Numbered from the stretch's first letter, positions 32,957-44,953 are shown. The stretch is 64,000 nt of DNA from an uncultured Ectothiorhodospiraceae bacterium (GCA_964564245.1 CAZMAK010000001.1:48989-112988), one strand, 5' to 3'. Notes: generated by a model not told the origin, from the letters alone. A program made the numbers and translations.

Positions 32957-33953
32957 TCTCGGGCGGGCAGTTGAGCCGGATATCCGCCACGCAGGCACCG
33001 GAACCGACCGAGGTATATCCGTGCATGGCCAGGTAACGCCACGCCCCCTTGCAATATTTCCTGCTGCAGGACACGTTACAGACCAGTGCAATCCCGCCCG
33101 GCAGACAAATCTGGCCGCCATGGGTATGGCCGCACAGAACGACGTTGAATTCGGCATGTGCCGCTGAACGATAGATTTCCGGGCTGTGCGACAGCAGGAT
33201 CGATACCACGTCATCGGGGATCGAATCCGCCGTCTTTTCCAGGTTGTCCGCCCTGAAGTAATGCGGGTCATCGATACCGGCCAGATAGATATGCTGCCCG
33301 TCCCGCTCCAGCGCCACGTGCTCGTTCATCAGCATGCGGATTCCCATCTGTTCCATCGCCGGTACCATGCGAATGCTGTCGTGATTGCCCAGCACCGCGT
33401 ACACCTCCCTGTCCAGCGAAGTCCGTAGCTGGCGCAGGCCTTCCAGTGCCGGCTCACAGGGACCGAACGTCTCGGCCCGGTAATCACCGGTCAGCACGCA
33501 TACGTCATACTCGAGATCACGCACCGCGGCTGCCAGCACATGCGGAAAGTCCGGCGCGATGTCCAGGTGCAGGTCGGAAATGTGCAACAGGGTAAAACCC
33601 TCGAATGCAGCCGGCAGGCGCTCCAGCGCAATGTGATTGTGCCGCACCCTGATCCGCCGGGCATTGCGCCGGCTGCGGCCACCGAGCAAGGCCAGCCCGA
33701 GGAGCACGTGCACTAACGGGCGCAGTGCCCGCCAGTTCTCGATGTGAAAGAAATTACGGCCCTGTCCGAACAGCCGGTGCTCGTAAACCCGTTCCATGCC
33801 CAGGCGCTGCCGCAAATGGACCCTGCCTACGCGAGCCTGCAGCGCCTGCAGGGTTTGCTCATCAGGCTCGAAGCGTTGCATGCAGGCATTTTGGGTTTCC
33901 GTTGCCGGTAATGCAATCCTCGTCCGGTCCACAAACCCCGGATGCGGCAGCAC
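32928..33953 (-). CDS. calcineurin-like metallophosphoesterase (membrane-associated)
   Basis: LHISDLHLD, VLTGDY, VLGNHDS and VVLCGHTHGGQ motifs. 3' end overlaps the CarS-like gene by 29 nt (convergent). Confidence 0.7.
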   Translation of the reverse strand: MLPHPGFVDRTRIALPATETQNACMQRFEPDEQTLQALQARVGRVHLRQRLGMERVYEHRLFGQGRNFFHIENWRALRPLVHVLLGLALLGGRSRRNARRIRVRHNHIALERLPAAFEGFTLLHISDLHLDIAPDFPHVLAAAVRDLEYDVCVLTGDYRAETFGPCEPALEGLRQLRTSLDREVYAVLGNHDSIRMVPAMEQMGIRMLMNEHVALERDGQHIYLAGIDDPHYFRADNLEKTADSIPDDVVSILLSHSPEIYRSAAHAEFNVVLCGHTHGGQICLPGGIALVCNVSCSRKYCKGAWRYLAMHGYTSVGSGACVADIRLNCPPEITLHHLHAG

Positions 33954-34285
33954 CGGCAGGTGCTCCGCCCGCAGTGCCGGCCGGCAAACCGCGGTTTGCC
34001 GGCGACCGCTTGCCAGTCAGTGACTTTCTCGAAGACGGAGCGCGAATCCCGAGCGCGTCCCGCGTCAACGGCAACGAACGAACCGACGCGGGCAATCCTC
34101 ACCGGCCCGCCAGGCGGTGCGGCCTGCCGGGAAACGGATGGAGGACAATACCGTCTCATCGAAACCCGGCCTCGACCCGTCCGGCGAAGACTTCCTTCAA
34201 TGGCATGTGAAATGCATGGTTTATACCATACTCACTGCACAACCCGACCTGCGCATCCCGCCCAGGGCAACATGGAGATTTCAGT

Positions 34286-34510
34286 ATGAAAACACTTGAA
34301 CTTCAGTTAATTACAGTTGGGTTGGATGATGGAAAACAGGGCGTGTTCGTGGGCCTGCCACTGGTAACCTCGCAAACGGCAGAAGATTGCGGGCAGGTGG
34401 AAAACATCTGGTTTTCCAATATAAAAGAAGTACCTGACAGCCTGACCATGGAAGAGTTGATGGCACTGATCGGAAAGCAGCTGTTCGACAAGCTGTCCAC
34501 CCTCCAGTGA
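34286..34510 (+). CDS. small hypothetical protein (74 aa)
   Basis: GGAGA RBS 7 nt before the ATG. No recognised motif. Confidence 0.35.
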   Translation: MKTLELQLITVGLDDGKQGVFVGLPLVTSQTAEDCGQVENIWFSNIKEVPDSLTMEELMALIGKQLFDKLSTLQ

Positions 34511-34690
34511 GGTCGAAAAGTCATTTTTCTGTCATTTCATGACCCTTGTGGCCAAGATTTGTCAACAATATGACGTTATTTGCCCCGACCGGGTGTTGTC
34601 ACGGCGCCTTGCCTGAAGCCGGTCCGTGCCGGGCGCGTGGATTCTTGTATATAATCACGCCCGCACTGAACCCGAAAACGGTACCGACCC

Positions 34691-34948
34691 ATGGCGCGCG
34701 TCAAGATCTTCAGTACGGCCAGTTGCCCCTTTTGTACCAAGGCCAAGCAGCTGCTGACCCGGTGGAACATCCCCTTTGAGGAGGCCATGATCGACTCCGA
34801 CGTGACGGCACGACGCGAATTCGCGGCCGTCACGAACGGCGCGCGCACGGTTCCCCAGATTATCATCGACGGTGTCTGCATCGGCGGCTTCACGGAGCTG
34901 ACCGAACTGCACATGGATGACCAGCTGGATCACCTGGTAGAACGATAA
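34691..34948 (+). CDS. grxC: glutaredoxin 3
   Basis: CPFC active site. TVPQIIIDG and GG motifs. 85 aa. Confidence 0.85.
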   Translation: MARVKIFSTASCPFCTKAKQLLTRWNIPFEEAMIDSDVTARREFAAVTNGARTVPQIIIDGVCIGGFTELTELHMDDQLDHLVER

Positions 34949-35064
34949 TCCTCCGCAGGCCGGGAGCACTGCCGGAACACCCGGGCTGCGCAGGCCGGTC
35001 CATCCTCCCGAACCACTGCCACCCCGCCCCTCTGCAATACGGGTTCCGCCGATCCCGGCCGCGC

Positions 35065-35087
35065 TACTTGCCTTCTACAGGCAAGTA
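35065..35087 (+). promoter_or_regulatory. perfect 8-bp inverted repeat TACTTGCC-N7-GGCAAGTA (candidate operator or hairpin)
   Basis: Read directly. Lies 47 nt upstream of the ATG at 35134. No flanking U-run, so not a convincing terminator. Confidence 0.3.
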
Positions 35088-35133
35088 TCGTCCAATAGCA
35101 ATTAAGAAAAAAATATGCCCCTGGAGAAACCGG

Positions 35134-35559
35134 ATGGACTATTCCAACATCATCACCCCCAAGCGTCTGACGAACATGCAGAATATGGAAGTACAGGTGA
35201 ATGGTCCGGACGGCGCCAATCGACTTTATATCTATACGGGCATGGCCGAGGTCGAACTATGTGGTGGCCTGCCTCATCCGCGCTGGTCGCTGGAGGTCGT
35301 CTGTTTCGATATCGGCAGGAAGTATGACTGCGACAGCGGGGAGTCCGTCGTCAAGATCGTTGCCTCCGCCGCCCTGGCGGGCGGGCGCACGGATGGTGTC
35401 GCCAGTTTCGCCGGCTGGCAGATTTTCGGCGCGGCCGGAGAATTCGACGATTCCGACTGCACGGTACGCATGAACATCGCGGCCGGCGCGCGTGATACCC
35501 AGGCCTTCCTGGAACAGATCAGTTTCCAGGTCCATGTACTGGCGAAAGTCCTTTCCTGA
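35134..35559 (+). CDS. hypothetical protein (141 aa)
   Basis: GGAG RBS 7 nt before the ATG. The track ORF starts earlier with TTG at 35068. Confidence 0.4.
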   Translation: MDYSNIITPKRLTNMQNMEVQVNGPDGANRLYIYTGMAEVELCGGLPHPRWSLEVVCFDIGRKYDCDSGESVVKIVASAALAGGRTDGVASFAGWQIFGAAGEFDDSDCTVRMNIAAGARDTQAFLEQISFQVHVLAKVLS

Positions 35560-35668
35560 CAGACCGCTTTCGCACCACAACGGAAACAGCCTGCCGGCAA
35601 CTCACCCGCCAGACGGGATCGGCCGCGTGGCGGGCCACGCAGCGTATGGCGCCGGCCAGGCAGGCGGG

Positions 35669-35917
35669 TTACTGCGCCGCTCTCAGCCGTACACGCCAGC
35701 GTGCCGGGAATTCCAGTATTCCGCGTGAACGGCGTAACGCACGCAGATACAACCGGGAGGCACGGAAGCCCTCGCGGAACGACTGTTTCATAAATTCGAC
35801 CCGGTCCAGCTGACCACCCTTGAGGCCGTGGCGAAAACCGGCACAGAAACGCTCCTTGATCAGGTGTGGCGGAATACGGATACCGACATCATCGGGGCCA
35901 GGATAACAATAGTCCAT
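35669..35917 (-). CDS. small hypothetical protein (82 aa, Arg-rich C-terminus)
   Basis: GAGGTG RBS 5 nt before the ATG. No motif recognised. Confidence 0.3.
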   Translation of the reverse strand: MDYCYPGPDDVGIRIPPHLIKERFCAGFRHGLKGGQLDRVEFMKQSFREGFRASRLYLRALRRSRGILEFPARWRVRLRAAQ

Positions 35918-36084
35918 GGCTGCACCTCACTGGATAAAGATAGCAACAATCAGGGTATCGGCTACCTCCGCCGACCATTAAATTGCTGCAACGGACTGAT
36001 ACAAATAAACTTAATCGCCACTGAAACAATTACATCCGGACGCTGTCCATTAGCATTACCGCTCACCCACAGGCAGAACTCGCT

Positions 36085-36705
36085 ATGAATACATCCCTGA
36101 TCCGGCGCTGGTGCATGGCAATCGCCTGTGCCGGAATTCTCGTCACTCCCTTCGTGAGGGCTGACGGTCCGGCACCGGGCAGTGCCGTGGCCACATTCGC
36201 CGGCGGCTGTTTCTGGTGCATGGAACCGCCCTTCGACAAACTCGACGGCGTCATCTCCACCACCGCGGGTTACACCGGTGGTGACAAGGAAAACCCGACC
36301 TACAAGGAAGTTTCAAAGGGCGGTACAGGACATGCCGAATCGGTACAGATCGTTTATGACCCGAAACGGATCAGCTATGAAAAGCTGCTGGACGTGTTCT
36401 GGCACAACGTCGACCCGACCAGCGCCGGAGGCCAGTTCTGCGACTGGGGTAACCAGTACCGCAGCGAAATCTTCTACCATGACGCGCAACAGAAGCGGCT
36501 TGCGGAAGCCTCGAAGGCCGCACTCGAAAAGTCCAAACCGTTCAAGGAACCGATCGTCACGAAAATCACCGCGGCCGGAAAATTCTGGCCGGCCGAGGAA
36601 TACCACCAGCACTACTACAAGAAGAATCCGTTACGCTACAAGTTCTACCGCTACGGGTGCGGCCGTGACAAACGGCTGGAAGAACTGTGGGGCAAGGCTG
36701 AATAG
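36085..36705 (+). CDS. msrA: peptide methionine sulfoxide reductase MsrA (periplasmic, with signal peptide)
   Basis: GCFWC active-site motif. Conserved YHQ and E-Y-HQ-Y C-terminal motifs. N-terminal signal peptide. Confidence 0.9.
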   Translation: MNTSLIRRWCMAIACAGILVTPFVRADGPAPGSAVATFAGGCFWCMEPPFDKLDGVISTTAGYTGGDKENPTYKEVSKGGTGHAESVQIVYDPKRISYEKLLDVFWHNVDPTSAGGQFCDWGNQYRSEIFYHDAQQKRLAEASKAALEKSKPFKEPIVTKITAAGKFWPAEEYHQHYYKKNPLRYKFYRYGCGRDKRLEELWGKAE

Positions 36706-36806
36706 GCCGGGACAGACCACCCGGCGCTACAACCATGGACAGTACCGGCAGGACGCTACGGGAGATGCGGCCGTTTCTGCCAGCCACACCCCGCCGGACA
36801 TCCAGG

Positions 36807-36827
36807 CCAGGTCCGACAGGCTCCTAG
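36807..36827. repeat. solo copy of the 21-bp REP-like repeat CCAGGTCCGACAGGCTCCTAG
   Basis: Exact 21-mer identity with 23875-23895. Again overlaps the TAG stop (CTA at 36824-36826) of a minus-strand gene. Upstream flank shows partial similarity to the interior of the 23.7-kb element. Confidence 0.7.
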
Positions 36828-37009
36828 TGCCAGAAGAAAAACTCGACGGTCGGATTGCGATAATGCCGCTGTAACTTGCGCTCGTAGTGCGAGATCGCGA
36901 TGACCAGCACTCCCGCCACAACCAGCAACGTGGCGACGATAATCGATAACAGCGGCGGGTAGAGCACCAGCAGCAACCCGGCGAGAATCAGTACCACTCC
37001 TGCAATCAT
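36824..37009 (-). CDS. small two-TM membrane protein (DUF3096-like)
   Basis: MIAGVVLILAGLLLVLYPPLLSIIVATLLVVAGVLVIAIS. Start chosen at an internal Met of the track ORF. Confidence 0.4.
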   Translation of the reverse strand: MIAGVVLILAGLLLVLYPPLLSIIVATLLVVAGVLVIAISHYERKLQRHYRNPTVEFFFWH

Positions 37010-37079
37010 GTTACGCTCCGGATAGTAGTTACCTGTCTGAACCTCGGGGCAAACACGAACAAAATCAAGTGGCACTCCG

Positions 37080-38120
37080 ATGAAAAAGGTCGTCATACAC
37101 ACGCCCGGGGGCTATGACCGCCTGCAGGTCGAAACCCACCCGGATCCCACACCGGCGCCACAGGAAGTACTGATCCGTGTGGCGGTGTGTGGTATCAACT
37201 TTGCCGACTGTGTGACCCGCATGGGACTGTATGCCTCGGCCCGCCACTACGTCGGTTACCCGGTCACGCCCGGATTTGAGGTTGCCGGAACCGTGCTGGC
37301 AACCGGCAGCGACATCAGTGGACCGTCACCCGGCACACCGGTGTTCGCCGTCACCCGCTTCAACGGCTATGCCTCGCAGGTTTGCGTGCCCTGTCACCAG
37401 GTCTTCCCGGTTCCGGAAGCGCTCACCCTCGAGCAGGCGGCGGCCCTGCCCGCCGCCGGGCTGACGGCGTGGTACGCACTGGGCGAACTTGCCCATGCCC
37501 GTCCCGGCGACCGGGTGCTGGTACATTCGGCCGCCGGCGGGGTCGGCAGCATGCTGGTCCAGATCGGCAAGCTGCTCGGCTGTCATGTCACCGGCGTCGT
37601 CGGTGCCGCGCACAAAACGGCTGCCGTGCAGGCACTGGGCGCCGAGGACGTGATCGACAAGTCCACGCATGCACTCTGGCCGGAAGCGGAACGGCTCGCG
37701 CCGGAGGGTTATGACGTCATTCTCGACGCAAACGGTGTTGCCACCCTGCGCGAGAGCTATCGGCACCTGGCCGCCACCGGGAGACTGGTGGTATATGGTT
37801 TTCACAGCATGCTGGTCACGCGCCATGGCCGGCCCGACCGGTTGCGACTCGCACTGGACTGGTTGCGCACCCCGCGCTTCAGCCCCTTTGACCTGACCAC
37901 CCGCAACCGCAGCGTCTCGGGCTTCAACCTGAGTTTCCTGTTCGAGCGGACAGCACTGCTGCAGCGCGGCATCGGGCAGTTGCTCGAATGGACCACGGCC
38001 GGACGCCTGCAGGTACCGCCGATCACCACCTTCCGGTTCGAATCCGTGGCCGAGGCACAGCGCGCGCTGGAATCGCGCCAGACCACCGGGAAGCTGGTAT
38101 TGCTGGTCGACGCGCCGTGA
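37080..38120 (+). CDS. zinc-independent MDR-family NADPH:quinone oxidoreductase
   Basis: GVNFAD-like block. AAGGVG cofactor-binding motif. 346 aa. Confidence 0.8.
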   Translation: MKKVVIHTPGGYDRLQVETHPDPTPAPQEVLIRVAVCGINFADCVTRMGLYASARHYVGYPVTPGFEVAGTVLATGSDISGPSPGTPVFAVTRFNGYASQVCVPCHQVFPVPEALTLEQAAALPAAGLTAWYALGELAHARPGDRVLVHSAAGGVGSMLVQIGKLLGCHVTGVVGAAHKTAAVQALGAEDVIDKSTHALWPEAERLAPEGYDVILDANGVATLRESYRHLAATGRLVVYGFHSMLVTRHGRPDRLRLALDWLRTPRFSPFDLTTRNRSVSGFNLSFLFERTALLQRGIGQLLEWTTAGRLQVPPITTFRFESVAEAQRALESRQTTGKLVLLVDAP

Positions 38121-38287
38121 TTAACCGGTTCGCCGCCACCCGCACAGCCGGAACCCGTCTCAGGCAGGTAAACCGGATGCCAGGAACAGGCGCAGACACG
38201 GCGGGGAGCGGAGTTTACCCGTGTAACCGTGCACCGCAGCCGGGTCCACCACACCGCATTGGCGCCCGCCGGCATTCAGGACGGGTA

Positions 38288-38872
38288 TTATCGGTCGCCG
38301 CCTGTCAGCACACGTTCGATGCGCCGGTCCGGGACCAGCCAGATCAGTGCCACCAGCACATACAGACCGATGGAGATCCACTGCGACCGGAATGCGGACG
38401 CAATGGCCAGCGCATAGATGGCCGGTGACAGCTTGCCTTTCCAGTCCCTGCCGATCGCCTTCTTCAGCAGGGACCCGCTGCCCTGCGAGGCGATGATCAC
38501 CTGCTGCAGGATCCAGTAGGCGATGGCGGCCATCAGCAGCACCACGCCGTAAACGGCGGCCGGCACGGCGGAGAAGTGATTCTCACCCATCCAGCCCGTG
38601 GTGAACGGGATCAGCGACAGCCAGAACAGCAGGTGAAGATTCGCCCACAGCATCGGACCGGTCACCTCCCGGCTGGCATGCAGCATGTGATGATGGTTGT
38701 TCCAGTAGATCCCCAGGTAGATGAAACTCAGCACGTAGCTCAGAAACACCGGCAGCAGTGGCACGAGCGCTGCCAGGCTGTCGCCGTGGGGAACCTTCAG
38801 TTCCAGTACCATGATGGTGATGATGATGGCGATGACGCCGTCACTGAATGCCTCGATCCTGTTCTTGTTCAT
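38288..38872 (-). CDS. TMEM175/DUF1211-family putative K+ channel
   Basis: RIEAFSDGVIAIIITIMVLEL (RxxxFSD signature). Six TM segments. Confidence 0.7.
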   Translation of the reverse strand: MNKNRIEAFSDGVIAIIITIMVLELKVPHGDSLAALVPLLPVFLSYVLSFIYLGIYWNNHHHMLHASREVTGPMLWANLHLLFWLSLIPFTTGWMGENHFSAVPAAVYGVVLLMAAIAYWILQQVIIASQGSGSLLKKAIGRDWKGKLSPAIYALAIASAFRSQWISIGLYVLVALIWLVPDRRIERVLTGGDR

Positions 38873-38879
38873 GCCCGGC

Positions 38880-40276
<1,397 letters not shown>

Positions 40277-40280
<4 letters not shown>

Positions 40281-42013
40281 TCCTCCTCCACGATGGTAAA
40301 GCGCATGGCAAAACGGGCGCCCGGCCCGCTGTCGGGCACCAGTACCAGTGTCGCGCCGCTGGCCTCGACCAGGGTATTGGCCAGCGTCAGCCCGAGTCCG
40401 CTGCCCTGCGCCCGGGTCGTGAAGAACGGCTCGAACAGCCGCGTCATCAACTCCAACGGGATACCCGGCCCGCTGTCCTGCAGATAAATCACCACCTCCT
40501 TTCCTTCCACGGTCGAGCCGGCACGCAGCGTTCCCGCCCCCTCCATCGCCTCCAGTGCATTGCGCACCAGGTTGACCCAGGCCTGCTGCAGCAGGTCCGC
40601 ATCGGCGCGAATGCGGTGCTCACCGTGTGTGTAGTTGCTGATGACCGTCACGCCGTCGCGTCCGGTAAGCATCAGTTGCAGGGCCCGCTCCAGCGGCCCT
40701 GCGGGATCGATCAGCATCAGCTGCGGCTTGCGGTGGCGGGCCAGTTGCTGGAAATCGCGGAGAAACTGGTCCAGCCGCTGGCATTCCTCGCGAATCATGC
40801 GCAACAGGTCGGCGCGCCTGGCCGGGTCGTCCGTTGTCTCCAGCAACCGGGAGGCGGTATTGATCACGCCCACCGGGTTGCGGATCTCGTGCGCGAGGGC
40901 CAGCGAAAGCTCACCGAGAGAGGCAATCTTGTCGCGCTGGAAATCCCGCAACTGCTGATCACGACTCTCGCGCAGTGTCGCAGCCATACTGTTGAAGGCG
41001 CGCGCCAGGTCACCGATCTCGTCACGCCAGGCAATCGGTACGCTCGCCCGGAAATCCTGGGCCGCCACCTTCATCACGCCTTCCCGCAGCAGGGTGACCG
41101 GGCGTACCAGCAGCCGTGACAGCAGCAGACCGGTGCTGGCCGCCAGCAGCGTACCCAGCAGTACCACGGCCAGGGTGACTGCCGCCTGGTCGGTCAGGAA
41201 ACGGGCGCCGCCATGGCGTTCCAGGCCACTGAACAGCACCGCCTCCACCCGCCCGCCGGAGTCGGCGACCGGCGTATAGAGGCCCCAGTACTCCCCGTTC
41301 TCCGCCGTATCGCTGTAGTAGTCGTGCTGCTGCTTGAGGCGCTCGAACGCGACCGGTGGCAGACGCAGCCTGAGCGGGCTGCCTTCCCCGGAAAAGGCCT
41401 TGGCGAAATCCCCGTCACGGGGATAGAACAGACGGGTCTTGAGTCCGCTCATGCGACTGAGACGGCCCAGCAGTGCCTGGTCGAATACGGTACCGAACAC
41501 CAGCCGGTAGTGTTTGGGATGATCGTGGGGGTAACGCACGATGGTGACGGCGGCAAGCAGGCTCTTGCTCCCCTGGTTGGCCTTGAGCACGGCGGTACTC
41601 TGCCCGGGCTCCCAGGCGCTGCCGAGCATGACCTTTGAGGAAGAATAGATCTGACGTCCGCGGGGGTCATACACCTGGATCAGGTTGATGCCGAGCTCCC
41701 GCGCCAGCGGCTCCAGCTGGTGCGGGATCGGAGACTGGCCGGCGACGAACCGGGGTGCCTGCCCGCCGGACAGGTGATCGAACAGGTCGGCAAACAACTG
41801 GCCGTTCTTGTTCAGGGTGTCCAGCCAGTTGCTGTTTACCTGCGCCGCCTCCCGGATCCAGCGTTCGATGGAGTCATCCATGCGGCCGGCCACCCATGCG
41901 GCAGAGAGCAGGCCCGTCACCACCATGGGCACCAGGATGATCACCAGTACGACCAGCAGTACCTTGCGCTGGAGTCGGTTCAGGTGTAACGCGGCTAGCA
42001 GGCTACAAGACAC
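40277..42013 (-). CDS. sensor histidine kinase partner of the NtrC-family regulator
   Basis: HEIRNPVG H-box. HATPase G-boxes. Periplasmic sensor region between two TMs. 4-nt overlap with the regulator gene. Confidence 0.85.
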
Positions 42014-42120
42014 GGGTTTCCTTCAAATTTTGTAGATCAGAATTTTAGCAATTTTTTATAAACGAAACATAAATATTCATAACCTGTTGTTTCATAGTAG
42101 TAATAATTTGAATTTTTTGC

Positions 42121-42136
42121 TGGCCTGCATTTTGCA
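42121..42136 (+). promoter_or_regulatory. candidate sigma-54 (-24/-12) promoter TGGCCTGCATTTTGCA
   Basis: GG and GC dinucleotides are separated by exactly 10 nt, and the TTGCA -12 element matches the TGGCAC-N5-TTGCA consensus. Lies in the AT-rich divergent region between the NtrC-like operon and the Sel1-SulP-ClC genes. Confidence 0.4.
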
Positions 42137-42181
42137 GGAGATCTGGTGCACCAACTCATCCCGCTAGGCAAGACACATACC

Positions 42182-43093
42182 ATGCTACACACAGATGACA
42201 GGAACAAGCGTCTCACAATGACACTGTGGAGCGGTCTGCTCGTGGTCGGCCTGATTGCCTTCCTGGCCGCCCGCGCCGGTGGAATCACCGCCGAGAACGA
42301 ACTCGACTGGCTCACCAGGCTGGCCACGCAGGGCGATGCAGGCGCCCAGCTGCAACTCGGGCTGGCCTATCGTGACGGCCGCTACGGACTGCGCCCGGAC
42401 CCGCGGACCAGCCTCCACTGGCTCACTGCCGCCGGTCAGGCCGGCGATCCCTACGCCGCGGACATGGTCGCCAATGACTACGCCCACGGCACCGGCATCG
42501 CGCACGACATGCAGCAGGCGGCGTTCTGGTGGGCACTGGCCGCCCGCGGCGGCAATGCCGACGCCCAGACAAACCTGGGTGAATACCTGCTGTCCAGTGG
42601 CCGTGACGACCAGGCCGTTGAGTGGCTGCGTAATGCCGCGAGCCGTGGCGACACCCGCGCTCGCACCGACCTGGCGCACCTGTATCGCGAGGACGTGCTG
42701 TCCGAACAGGAGCTGCCCGATGCCGACCTGCTGCGTGGCAACAACCCGTTCGCCGTACTGGGTGAGGAGTTCGATTCCCACGGCCTGAAAACCCTGTTCG
42801 CCATCTGGCACGCCATGCAGAACGACGCGCCGCTGCTGCAATCGTCAGACAAGCTGCTGCAGCGCGCAATCAGCGGCGACCCGCTTGCCGAGTACCAGCT
42901 GGGACTGCGTTACCGCGATGGCGCCTGGGCGGTCAGGCGCGACCCGGTCAAGGCCCGGGTCTGGCTGGAGCGTGCAGCGACCGCCGGCAATCGCAATGCC
43001 GCCGAGGCGCTGGCACAACTGAAGCAGAGCGGCGCGCCTGAGCAATCACCGCCCGGACACATCCTCCAGGCAAACCAGACAACCAATCATTAA
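42182..43093 (+). CDS. Sel1-repeat (TPR-like) protein with N-terminal membrane anchor
   Basis: Repeated AxxxLGxxY..G motifs (GDAGAQLQLGLAYRDG, NADAQTNLGEYLL, DTRARTDLAHLYRED). Start placed at the first ATG downstream of the predicted sigma-54 transcription start. The track GTG at 42146 is less likely. Confidence 0.65.
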   Translation: MLHTDDRNKRLTMTLWSGLLVVGLIAFLAARAGGITAENELDWLTRLATQGDAGAQLQLGLAYRDGRYGLRPDPRTSLHWLTAAGQAGDPYAADMVANDYAHGTGIAHDMQQAAFWWALAARGGNADAQTNLGEYLLSSGRDDQAVEWLRNAASRGDTRARTDLAHLYREDVLSEQELPDADLLRGNNPFAVLGEEFDSHGLKTLFAIWHAMQNDAPLLQSSDKLLQRAISGDPLAEYQLGLRYRDGAWAVRRDPVKARVWLERAATAGNRNAAEALAQLKQSGAPEQSPPGHILQANQTTNH

Positions 43094-43114
43094 CCACCCC
43101 CAAGGAACCCGTTT

Positions 43115-44953
43115 ATGACCAAACCGGAATACCCTGTGTGGCTGCAGAGAGTGCTGCCCGTGCTTAACTGGAAGGAACGTATTACCAGGGACACGCTTCG
43201 CGCCGACCTGATCGCCGGACTGACTGTCGCGATCGTGGTGGTGCCGCAGGCAATGGCCTTCGCCTCCATCGCCGGCATGCCGCCGCAGTACGGCCTCTAC
43301 GCGGGCATGATCCCGCCCATCATTGCCGCCCTCTTCGGCTCCTCCTGGCACCTGATGTCGGGACCGACCACCGCGGCCTCCATCGTGCTGCTTTCCTCAC
43401 TGAGCGCCTTTGCCGAGCCGATGACACCGCAGTACGTCCAGCTCGCCTTCACACTCACCCTGATGGTCGGTGTGATCGAACTGACGCTCGGGCTGGCGCG
43501 CATGGGGACACTGGTCAACTTCATCTCCCACTCGGTGGTGGTAGGCTTTACCACCGGCGCCGCCATTCTGATTGCCGCCAAGCAGCTGAAGAACTTTTTC
43601 GGCGTACCGATCCCGCGCGAAGGTCACCTGTTCGCGACCCTGGAACACTTCGTGCACCAGATCCCCAACATCAACGGCTACATCACGGCAATCGCCATGC
43701 TGACCCTGGTCTCCGGCCTGGTCGTGAAGGCCTTCTATCCCAGGGCGCCGTTTCTGATCGTGGGGCTGTTCTCCGGCACCTTCCTCAGCGTGGGCCTCAA
43801 CCATTTCCTCGGCACCGACGTCACCCACGTCAGTACCGTCGGCGCGCTGCCACAGACCCTGCCGCCACTGTCAATGCCGGACTTCTCCTACGCCACGATG
43901 CACAAGCTCGTCCCCGCCGCCCTGGCGATGACCCTGTTCGCGCTGACCGAGGCGGTCTCCATCGGCCGCGCCATCGGCATCCGCAGCGGCCAGCTGATCG
44001 ACGGCAACCAGGAGTTCATCGGACAGGGCCTGTCCAATATCGCGGGCAGCTTCTTTTCCGCCTACGTGGCCACCGGCTCGTTCAACCGCACCAGCCTCAA
44101 CTACCAGGCCGGCGCGAAGACGCCGGTGAGCGCCATGACCGCCGGGGTCCTGGAGATCTTTATCGTGCTGGCGATCGCCCCGCTGGTCGCCTACCTGCCC
44201 AACGCGGCGATGGCGGGCATCCTGTTTACCGTCGCCTGGGGCCTGATCGACTTTGTGGCTATCAGGCACATCCTGCATACCACCCATTCGGAACGGGCGG
44301 TGTTCATCACCACCTTCGTCGCGACCCTCACCCTCGACCTGGTGTTTGCCATCATGCTTGGCATCCTGCTGTCGCTGGTGCTGTACCTGATGCGGGTTTC
44401 CAAGCCGCATATTGTCAGCCGCGTACCCGACCCGCATCTGCCCAACCGCAAGTTTTCCAGCGTGGTGGAAGGCAATCACCTGACCGAGTGTCCGCAGCTG
44501 CACATCATGCGCATTGACGGTTCACTGTTTTTCGGCTCGGTGGCCTACATCCGCGAAAAATTCGCGCGTCTGGCCAAGCAGAAACCGGAACAGAAACACC
44601 TGGCCATCGTGGCACAGGGCATCAGCTTCGTGGACATCGCCGCCGCCGACGTGCTGGCCAACGAGGCGGAACGGCGGCGCGCCAGCGGCGGCGGTTTATA
44701 TCTTATCAACCCCAAGGACGGACTGTGGCGATCCCTTGAGGAATGCCATGCGCTGGAGAAGATCGGCACCAACAACATCTTCCGCAGCAAGTCGGCGGCA
44801 CTGCACGGCATCTTCCAGAAACTGGACAAGAAGGTCTGCAGCAATTGCAGTCTGAGCACCTTCCGGGAATGTGCCAGTGTCAACTGCAACTGCAAACCGG
44901 ACCCGGCGGCAACTGAATCGGTATTGCCGGTCGAAACCCTGGCAAGCGCCTGA
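43115..44953 (+). CDS. SulP-family anion transporter with C-terminal STAS domain and Cys-rich tail
   Basis: SulP signature region around LTVAIVVVPQAMAFASIAGMPPQYGLY. C-terminal STAS. Extra tail CSNCSLSTFRECASVNCNC. Confidence 0.9.
   Translation: MTKPEYPVWLQRVLPVLNWKERITRDTLRADLIAGLTVAIVVVPQAMAFASIAGMPPQYGLYAGMIPPIIAALFGSSWHLMSGPTTAASIVLLSSLSAFAEPMTPQYVQLAFTLTLMVGVIELTLGLARMGTLVNFISHSVVVGFTTGAAILIAAKQLKNFFGVPIPREGHLFATLEHFVHQIPNINGYITAIAMLTLVSGLVVKAFYPRAPFLIVGLFSGTFLSVGLNHFLGTDVTHVSTVGALPQTLPPLSMPDFSYATMHKLVPAALAMTLFALTEAVSIGRAIGIRSGQLIDGNQEFIGQGLSNIAGSFFSAYVATGSFNRTSLNYQAGAKTPVSAMTAGVLEIFIVLAIAPLVAYLPNAAMAGILFTVAWGLIDFVAIRHILHTTHSERAVFITTFVATLTLDLVFAIMLGILLSLVLYLMRVSKPHIVSRVPDPHLPNRKFSSVVEGNHLTECPQLHIMRIDGSLFFGSVAYIREKFARLAKQKPEQKHLAIVAQGISFVDIAAADVLANEAERRRASGGGLYLINPKDGLWRSLEECHALEKIGTNNIFRSKSAALHGIFQKLDKKVCSNCSLSTFRECASVNCNCKPDPAATESVLPVETLASA

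Noticed and set aside
42146-42181. GTG at 42146 as the start of the Sel1-repeat gene (track ORF start).
   Set aside because: It would lie at or upstream of the predicted sigma-54 transcription start. The first downstream ATG (42182) was preferred. Low certainty either way.
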